A DNA stretch of 64,000 nt from Octopus vulgaris. Lineage: Eukaryota. Shown one piece after another: positions 55,661 through 64,000 of the stretch. Location of the stretch: NCBI GenBank assembly GCA_951406725.2, contig OX597831.1, positions 42,780,001 through 42,844,000 on the forward strand, written 5' to 3'. A program made the translations under genes and the position numbers. A model generated the notes under the pieces. It had not been told where the DNA came from. It made no database searches and saw nothing but the letters and a program-made list of their open reading frames with translations. The number at the start of each line of letters is the position of its first letter. Positions within the stretch are counted from its first letter, which is position 1.

Positions 55661-57413
55661 CATAATGAATTTCACTTCATTTTTAATGATCACTTGGGAA
55701 GGGAGCTGTCGAAAATTTCCCCTTCTAATAACTGCATAGCTTGTTGTATTGACTTTTTTTTTTTCAAAAATAGGTTTCCAAAAAACCTTACTAATTGTTC
55801 TCTAATGGTTATCATCGCTTTTTTTTGTCCCCTCTGTTTAGCCCCTTGTGGGTAGTAAAGAAATTTATCATCGCTTTTTATTTATTTCTTTTTTTTTTTA
55901 CATGTTTTCCTCATTGGGCTACAGCCATGCTGGGATATCGTCTTGAGGGGTTTTAGTCAATCACGTCAACGCTAGTACTTTGAGAAAGTCTGATACTTAT
56001 TATATAGGTGTCTTTTGCCGAACTGCTAAATTAAGGAGAGCATAAACATGAACCAACATTGGTTGTGAAGCGCTGGGGAAGAGGGCGCACACATACGTAA
56101 GACAGGCTTCCGCACAGTTTCAGTGTACCAAATTTACTCACAAGACATTGGTCTGCTCGGGGCTATTATAGAGGACGCTTGCTCAAGTGTGCGAGCCATG
56201 CGGTGGTACTGAAACCAAAACGACGAGGTCGCAAAGCGAATTTCTTAAATTCACAGCCATGCCTACGATTTTGTATATTTTTACTGTATTTCTTTCCTCG
56301 CATCTTTCCATATAATTAGGGATAATAGTTTCGGTAGGACACAAATATGTTGTTTTCCTTAATATTCCACATATAAAAATTTTTTAAAGTCGTTATTATT
56401 TGTTTCATACCAGCAAGACCCAAACCACACTTTTTTAAATCTTTTTTTTTTCGACACAAACCCCACCTTTTCGGCTTCGGGGAATACGAATCTGTAAAAC
56501 AATTGGCAAAAATCGACATTTGTAAATTATCACCACTACCACCACCACTTCCTTCATTTTTAACTTTTTTCAGAATTTTTTTCCTCTCAAAATATGCGGA
56601 AAAATACGGAGATTATGATTCTGAACAAAATTTCCAAAAACTTTGTAAAATTTTTTTTTAAGAATTTTTTTCTTTTCTAAATATGCGAAAAAATACGGAC
56701 ATCAGGATTCGGACAAAAATTTCTAAACATTTCAGGATTTACGGTGTTAGGGTTTTAGGGTTAGCGTTGCGGAAAAAGTCGAAATTGAAGAAGTTGGGGT
56801 GGGGGGGGGTTTCACAATGCCGAATTTTGGCAATTTTCCGGAACAACTGTATCCGAAAACGGGGATTTTTGGCAAAAAAAAAAATTTTAAATAAACAAAT
56901 TTGGGGGAAAATGGGGGGAGGGGACGGGCGGAAGTCTTTCCCAGTCTTTTGGCAAGTGCCGTGATTAGGTCCTCTAACTCGTGTGCAAAATCGATTGGTA
57001 AAATGGACTGAAAATGAATCTGTAATACTCTATTTTATAAACATTAATGTTTTGTGTAAAGCGACGAGCTGGTAGAATCGTTAGAATTCTGGACAAAATG
57101 CTTGGCGGCATTTCGTCCGTCTTTCTGAGATGAAATTCCGCCGAGATCAACTTTGCCTTTGATCCTTTCGGAGTCGGTAAGATAAGTGCCAGTTGAGCGC
57201 CGGGTTGATATAATCGACTTATCACGAAATAACTGACCTTGTGTCAAAATCTGAAACCAATATTTTGTGTAAAAAGATGTTCTCTGTTGCGAAGATTATG
57301 AAATTTTCTTTACTGTTTTTTTTAATTTTTTATATATAGTATTCGTTTGCTGAAATAATTATTTCTAATATAGACAGTCTTTATGTTCTGAGTTCAAATT
57401 CCGCTGAGCTCGA

Positions 57414-57770
57414 CGGATTAAGTCGATTACATCGACCCCAGTGCGTAACTGGTACTTAATTTATCGACCCCGAAAGGATGAAAGACAAAGTCGACCTCGG
57501 AGGAATTTGAACTCAGAACGTAGCGGCAGACGAAATACCTATTTCTTTATTACCCACAAGGGGCTAAACACAGAGGGGACAAACAAGGACAGACATAGGT
57601 ATTAAGTCGATTACATCAACTCCAGTGCGTAACTGGTACTTAATTTATCGACCCCGAAAGGATGAAAGGCAAAGTCGACCTCGGAGTAATTTGAACTCAG
57701 AACGTAGCGGCAGACGAAATACCGTTAAGCATTTTGTCCGAGGCGTAAGCAATTCTGACCTCGCCGTCTA
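57414..57770 (-). mobile_element. SINE family B dimer
   Basis: Two tandem units with junction CGAAATAC|CTATTTC. Confidence 0.88.
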
Positions 57771-57797
57771 TTGATAATAATTATTATTTGTCACAAG

Positions 57798-57944
57798 GGC
57801 GCGAAGAGATTTAATAAAATACAACGTTCATTGGGCAAATGGTTTAGAAATATGTGTAGGATGAAACAGACAAGTTGTATAATGACGAGGGAAGAGGTGG
57901 AAGACGTTATCCAATGGAGGACTGGTCAAGTTAAAAATTTATAA
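57798..57944 (+). CDS. Putative terminal coding exon (GAKRFNKIQRSLGKWFRNMCRMKQTSCIMTREEVEDVIQWRTGQVKNL*)
   Basis: Phase-0 acceptor TTTGTCACAAG|GGC compatible with the 53376 donor; stop followed by AATAAA at 57961. Confidence 0.45.
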   Translation, partial: GAKRFNKIQRSLGKWFRNMCRMKQTSCIMTREEVEDVIQWRTGQVKNL

Positions 57945-59347
57945 AAACTCAATTACATAGAATAAAAGAAAATATGTAATAAAAAAACCGCACATTTAAT
58001 TTTTAAAAAGCGAAAATAAAATCAGGAAACACTTAATGTTCTCTCCCACATATAGTTATGTCTAGTCTCTACGCTCCATGTCACTACACATCCACGAGCA
58101 GTCTTGGTGCAGTATCCTCGTGTATGCAAAGATACCCGTTGACATTTTCTATGTGGGTTGTGGTAAGAAACAACTCCCGTCTTTAGCATCCGTTTCTTTT
58201 AGTTCATTAAAAGCATCATTAATCTTTCTTTTTAACTAACATCCTGTGTTTTGAGTAACTTCTTTATGATTCTGATTGCATATTCATAATTAATACGTGC
58301 CTGCAACCCACGCTGCACCACAAATGTATGATTCTTCTTATCAGATCCAGGTTCAATTTTTATAAAAAAGGTGAAATACAAATCATCGTCGTCCGTTATC
58401 GTTGTTGTCCTCAGAAGGTTACTCTTTTTATTTAGTTGCTATTTTCTGTTTAGGTTCTCTCTTCCTTTTGAGGGAAAGCTTTTCTTTTCTTCATTGCGTG
58501 CTCCCCGGAATCTTTTATCCATAACTTCACTTTCCCCTCGTCTCAAGAGGATGGATTGGTGATGCAGCTGCTGTTTAGTATTGTAGTGACTGGACTTTAC
58601 TGCTGTCCTTTCTGTCGTAAGCCACTTCCTCCACCATCTCTCCTTACTGTCACTACAGGCCGTAGCCAGAGGAAAGGGACTCTGGGCTTCTGTTCTGGGA
58701 CCTAATATCAGGCGAGCTCATCGGTTGATTCCTGAGTTTCTACCAGCGGTGCTGTTCAAAATTCTGCTAAGTTGATTTTTTTTTTTACCCAGAAAAGGCT
58801 CAAGTGACTCTTATTGCCACAAAGTATAACAGTTGAGCCTGCTCTCCTGTACGATCACTCTCATCGCTTTAGCTTTTTGTCCGCTCTTAAATTAACCCCT
58901 CGAGCAAGAAGACAGTTTACTAATGCATCGTTGCCATAGTTTCTCTTAAACCTGTTCAAATTTAGAGACTCTGTTTAAAGCAAAACGAAGAAATTAATTT
59001 TTCCTTCCCCTTTCTAGATAAGGCTTGCGTGTTTGTGGAGGTTCTACTTTAGTTTTTATTGCTATCGAGCATTAAATTCATGTTTTACTTTCTGCGACCA
59101 TATCAAGACAGAGCTTCAGGATGGCTCAGTAGTTTTGAGAGGTCAGAATTATTTAAAGCTCATGTTGACTCGCCTAACTAGATGTAATTTTTCGTGGTCT
59201 CCGCACTAACTTCCTTCCATCCATTTTGTCCCACAAGGGTGAAATAAACGCCAGATATCGACTTCGCTACAAACACCCTTTACTGTCACCTTCCTTGACC
59301 CATACATTAGGGTATTAGTCGACGAAGGAATGTTATTCATATTACTT

Positions 59348-59762
59348 ATTTCTTTATTGCCCACAAGGGGCTAAACATAGAGGGGACAAACAAGGACAGA
59401 CAAAGTGATTAAGTCGATTAAATCGACCCCAGTACATAACTGGTACTTAATTTATCGACCCCGAAATTATGAAAGGCAAAGTCAACCTCGTCGGAATTTG
59501 AACTCAGAACGTAACGGCAGACGAAATACCTATTTCTTTACTACCAACAAGGGGCTACACACAGAGAGGACAAACAAGGATAGACAAACGGATTAAGTCG
59601 ATTATATCGACCCCAGTGCGTAACTGGTACTTATTTAATCGACCCCGAAAGGATGAAAAGCAAAGTCAACCTCGGCGGAATTTGAACTCACAACGTAACG
59701 GCAGACGAAATACTGGTAAGCATTTCACTCGGCGTGCTAACGTTTCCGCCAGCTCGCCGCCT
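59348..59762 (-). mobile_element. SINE family B dimer
   Basis: Two units; CATATTACTT repeated on both flanks (likely TSD). Confidence 0.9.
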
Positions 59763-59824
59763 TGGACATATTACTTCTATCAACCGTTTTGTGCATATTA
59801 CTCCTATCAACCGTTTTGCGTCGG

Positions 59825-60110
59825 CCTCGTACTTGCAATGCAGCTGGATTGTTCCGAAGGATTTTTTTCTGTCAATAGATGCAATATTGCCCCTTGCTCA
59901 TCTCCTGTAGTGCCATAGACAATGACCCTGCTGAGAATTATATTTACTGGACTGATGATAATATACATCTCATTCGACGAGTTCACATGGATAGATCTGT
60001 TCGAGAAATAGTGATAAGCGCAGAAGTTAAATAACCTGGCGATGCGGCAGTGGATTAAATAAGGCGTAATTTGACCTGAACTGACACGAGTCGATCATAT
60101 TGAAGTTTGT
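59825..60110 (+). pseudogene. LRP5/6 (arrow)-like YWTD beta-propeller pseudogene fragment
   Basis: From 59912: AIDNDPAENYIYWTDDNIHLIRRVHMDRSVREIVISAEVK*PGDAAVD*IRRNLT*TDTS(frameshift)DHIEV, collinear with LRP5/6 propeller 2 (AIDYDP.EGYIYWTDD...IRR...HPDGIAVDW.ARNLYWTDTG.DRIEV). Confidence 0.85.
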
Positions 60111-60839
60111 TCTGTTGCTTCTTTTGCATAACTGTTCAATTGTCCTTCAATTTGCTTCTTTGGGGGATTATTGAACCCTTCTCTACTTTTAGCAAGGTAT
60201 AAGTATGTTAGTTTTCTCTTTGCTCGCAAATTCTGCATGCAACGAGACAGAAAGGTTACTAACAAAGAATATTGTAATTCCTCATGGGCCTGAACCCTGT
60301 CCAAGTTTAGATATTTTCCGTTTGAATCAATATAAGCGATAATATAGTTACCATAAATGTTTTCGCTGGATAAGGCTTATGTATGTATGGGAACGCTACT
60401 GTATGATTTTGTTATTATCAAGCAAGGCATCAGTCACCTTTGGTGTTTGAAAAGTCATTTTTTTCTTTTTGAAATGTCTTTGTATTATGGCGAGTCGTTT
60501 GTATTCGTGTTAGATTTTCCTTGCTTATCGCTTGTAAAAACATTTTGATTTTCCTTTGAGTGGGACGTATTATCATTGTTGTGGTTTTGTCTGGCCGCCA
60601 CGTTGTTAAGATACGACAAAAACTAGAGGAAAATCAAGCCGAACCAAAATGTTTTAATAAAGTGTTTTGTTGCCCCCAGACAGGCAGAAAAAATTAATAA
60701 ATATTTCCGTTATGTTATCGTCATGAAATAAGAGTACAAACTTTACCAACTCTTTAAAACACGTTTAGTAATTCAAAACTGCAGCGCCGAGGTGAACATT
60801 TCTAACTCGAACAGAAACCACCACTACTACGTAAAATAA

Positions 60840-61672
60840 TGGTTTCCAATTTTGGTCAAAGCCAGCAATTTTTAAAGGACAGGGAAGTCGATTACACCGA
60901 TCTCAGTGCTTAACTGGTACTCATTTTATCGACCCCGAAAGAATGATAAAAGGCGAAGTCAACTTCGGTGGCAATTGAACTTGACAACGTAAAGAACTGG
61001 AAGAAAAGTCGTTAAACATTTGTTCTAAAAGCTACAATCCTGTCATTTCAGTCTTAATGATTTCTTTAATAATAATGAAAAGCCTGAAATTTTGGGGGAG
61101 GAGAGCAGTCGATTACGTCGACCTCAGTACTTAATTTATCGACCCCCTAAAGGATGAAAGGTAAAGTCGACCTCGGCAGAATTTGAATTTAGAACATAAA
61201 GACGAACGAAACGCCGTTAAGCATTTTGTCCAGCGTGCTAACGATTCTGCCAGCTCGCCGCTTTCTTAAATAGTAATAATAATAGTAAAGGTACGAAGCC
61301 TGAAATTTGGTGGGAGGGGATTAGTCGATTACATCGACCCCGGTGTTCAACTGGTATTTATTTTATCGACTCCGAAAGGATGAAAGGCAAAGTCGACCTC
61401 GGCGGAATTTGAACTCAGCACGTAGCGACAGACGAAATACCTATTTCTTTACTAAACACAAGGGGCTGAACACAGAGAGGACAAACAAGGACAGACAAAC
61501 GGATTAAGTCGATTGTATCGACCCCAGTGCCTAACTGGTACTTATTTAATCGACCCCGAAAGGATGAAAGGTAAAGTCGACCTCGGCGGAATTTGAACTC
61601 AGAACGTAGCGGCAGACGAAATACGGCTACGCATTTCGCCCGGCGTGCTAACGATTCTGCCAGCTCGCTGCG
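60840..61672 (-). mobile_element. Run of same-orientation SINE-B copies including a dimer (61290-61672)
   Basis: Repeated B central domain; tail type 2 on the terminal units. Confidence 0.85.
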
Positions 61673-61677
61673 TTTAT

Positions 61678-61708
<31 letters not shown>

Positions 61709-61949
61709 GTAATAATAATGGTTTCAAACTTTGACACGGGGCTTAGTAGTATTTGAGGACCTGGGAAGTCGATTACATCAACCCCTGTGCTTAATTGATA
61801 CTTCTTTTATCCCTACAAAATAATATTCTCTTTGTTAACCAGTAAAGATTGGTAAAAACATTGAGGAAGGTACAGGACGATTACATAAAGGATCATGTAA
61901 AAAGTAAAATAACAGAACAAAATTTCGTGTAATCTTCAGGGATTAGATA

Positions 61950-62159
61950 CCGTAATTTGACGATATATAAGACGCATGATTCCTCCACCGAAACAACAAA
62001 TATCTTGAAAAATCACCCGGCTCCTATATGCGAAATTGGGCCTCCTGTAAGCTAATATTATGTGCTTCAATACACTAATAACATTTTTTTCTTGCATATG
62101 TACTGCTGAAATTAGGTTCCCCTAATATACCTTTGCGTCTTTTATGCCATTAAATACAG
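61950..62159. mobile_element. Tc2-like MITE
   Basis: Imperfect TIRs CCGTAATTTGACGATATATAAGACGCA / (revcomp) CTGTATTTAATGGCATAAAAGACGCA; TA TSD. Confidence 0.7.
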
Positions 62160-63289
62160 TAATTTAAAATAACATTGTGTAATACGATTTTTGTCCCTGG
62201 GTAGCAACTGTTATTTTTTGTTTGCTTACCCCTAGAAAGTATTAAAAATGGCTAATATTTCCTTCGACCTTTGCTTTTGTTACATTTATTAAAGAATCCC
62301 TCTCAACACATGGCTATGATGCTCCCCACTACTTCTACTCTTGATCAGATATGCACATATCGTTAGCCACATACATGGACGGTTAAGGTCAAGCAAATGA
62401 CGAGAAAATCTGGTATTGAGCAGAGTATTTGCTATAACCATATTTCTGCTTCAGGAACTCTGCGCTGAATCTGTCTGAAATGTTATGAAAATAGGTCAGT
62501 TTCAAAGCATTGATGACCAGATCACAGAAGCAAAGTTTGAAGGGAATAGTAGTAATTTCCTTTGATTTCTAGATAGAAGCAAATAGGAGATAACACTTAC
62601 TGACCAAATACAACAAAAAATCAAATTGTTATACAGTGTAATGGCATGGAAATTAATTTTTTTTACTAGAAACGTCGTCTTTGTGAAGAACGCGTGATAC
62701 CCTTTTTAAACTAAAATTATAATTCTGCTAACTACCACTGATAGAATTTGAAGTTGTGTGTTCACTTCAGTATAATAAAACCATGTAACAGTTTGTTGAT
62801 AGTGAAAATATGTTGATGCTATTGATAATCTACTTACAGTTCAAATGATATTTCAGTTATGTGTTTTATTCTTTTAAAATATTCACACCAAATTCTCGTA
62901 TCTCTCTCACGCCCAATTTTACTCACAACCACACCCAAGCATCCATTAATTACAAGATTATTTCACTCCTGTGTTATGTCTTCACTACAGAACGACAACC
63001 AGCATCTGTCGGGCTTGTCAGTCGAATCCTGTAAAGTAATTACAATTTTCTGGGAGGCGGGGTTCTCTCTCACTACCTTTATTATGTTGGCATAAAGTTC
63101 TGAAATTTTGGGGAAAGGGCATAGTCAATCCTATCGGTCTCAGTGCTTACCTACTATTTATTTATTTTACCAAGAATGAAAGGCAAAGTCAACCTCAGCA
63201 GCATTTGACCTCAGAACATAGAAAGCTGGAGGAAATGCCGCTGAATATTTTCTCCAACACACAGAGGATTCTGCCCGCTCACCGCTTTT

Positions 63290-63850
63290 TAATTTTGCTT
63301 TTCCTGCATATAACAATCTAATTGATAATAGTGACATCTTTTGCAAGCCTAACATCATTGATATTCCAACGATCATCAAATTTCTTTAGGTTGCCATAAT
63401 TGTTTTTAATTCACCTATTTATACCTTTTGAATAACGATTATCTACCATAGAGAAGACTACGACTTTTGGTAATCACGATGCCTTTATATCATAAGAAAC
63501 GATACTCTTCAGCTGCTTCTTATTGCTATAAGTTTGTATAGATTCAAAAATGTCTATTTAATCCTTTTCCTAATGAAAGTATTCAAGTAAGTTTGTCCTA
63601 AACGGCCATGCTTCTTTCCAGACGTTTAATTAGTCCTTGTTTCATACACTCTGAGTAATATAAAGCTTTAAAGTCACAAGTTACTCTAGCGGTTGAAAAA
63701 GAAATGGAAAATCTGTATCGTACATGAATGCATGGACACCAAGGAAACATGTCCTGCGTATCATGTGTGATATACAGGACAGGGCATTTGAATTTATAAT
63801 GTATGTACAACTTTTGTATTAATCAATATCTATAAAGATGAAATGCGAAA
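63290..63850 (-). mobile_element. Decayed pogo/Tigger-like DDE transposase remnant
   Basis: Minus strand LFQPL../VTCDFKALYY resembles the pogo motif QPxDxGVIxxFKAxY. Confidence 0.4.
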
Positions 63851-64000
63851 AAGTTGTTTGATTTCTTGGTTATTTGTCTCATTTTGGGATGTGAGGTAGA
63901 TGGGGTCGGATTGGCGCCAAAATTTACACTGGGGGCAAAATGGGGTGGGTAATGGTGTGAGGAGGGTTGCAAGTCGCTCGGGTGAGGAATATGGGAAAGG

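Noticed and set aside
56316-57040. Possible Helitron/Kolobok-like non-autonomous element with internal repeats
   Set aside because: Termini could not be defined from this single copy.
58020-58650. Coding-like purine-rich minus-strand stretch (possible LINE ORF1 remnant)
   Set aside because: Multiple stops and no motif I can assign with confidence.

Overview
Eukaryotic, AT-rich, extremely microsatellite-dense DNA. The SINE repertoire resembles what I recognise from Octopus (coleoid cephalopod) genomes; this is an inference. Most supplied ORFs are (TA)n/(CA)n/(TACA)n/(TAGA)n artefacts. The real content is: (i) many copies of several tRNA-derived SINE families (A-G here) with modular heads and tails; (ii) decayed non-LTR retrotransposons (many R4/Dong-clade RLE fragments, one Tx1/L1-like, Penelope-like GIY-YIG remnants); (iii) DNA-transposon remnants and MITEs (hAT, a fold-back mariner, Tc2-like and Tc1-like MITEs, pogo/Tigger); (iv) at least four distinct type-I hammerhead ribozyme candidates plus a three-copy family with an atypical core; (v) an LRP5/6-like YWTD pseudogene fragment; (vi) a candidate promoter near 42.2 kb with minus-strand non-coding exons, and a candidate small spliced plus-strand gene (53275-53376 + 57798-57944). 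Most notable: strand-specific microsatellite targeting by R4 elements and a 555-bp putative non-autonomous partner, fixed-junction SINE-B dimers whose tail resembles the local Tx1 3' end, and the hammerhead mini-elements.
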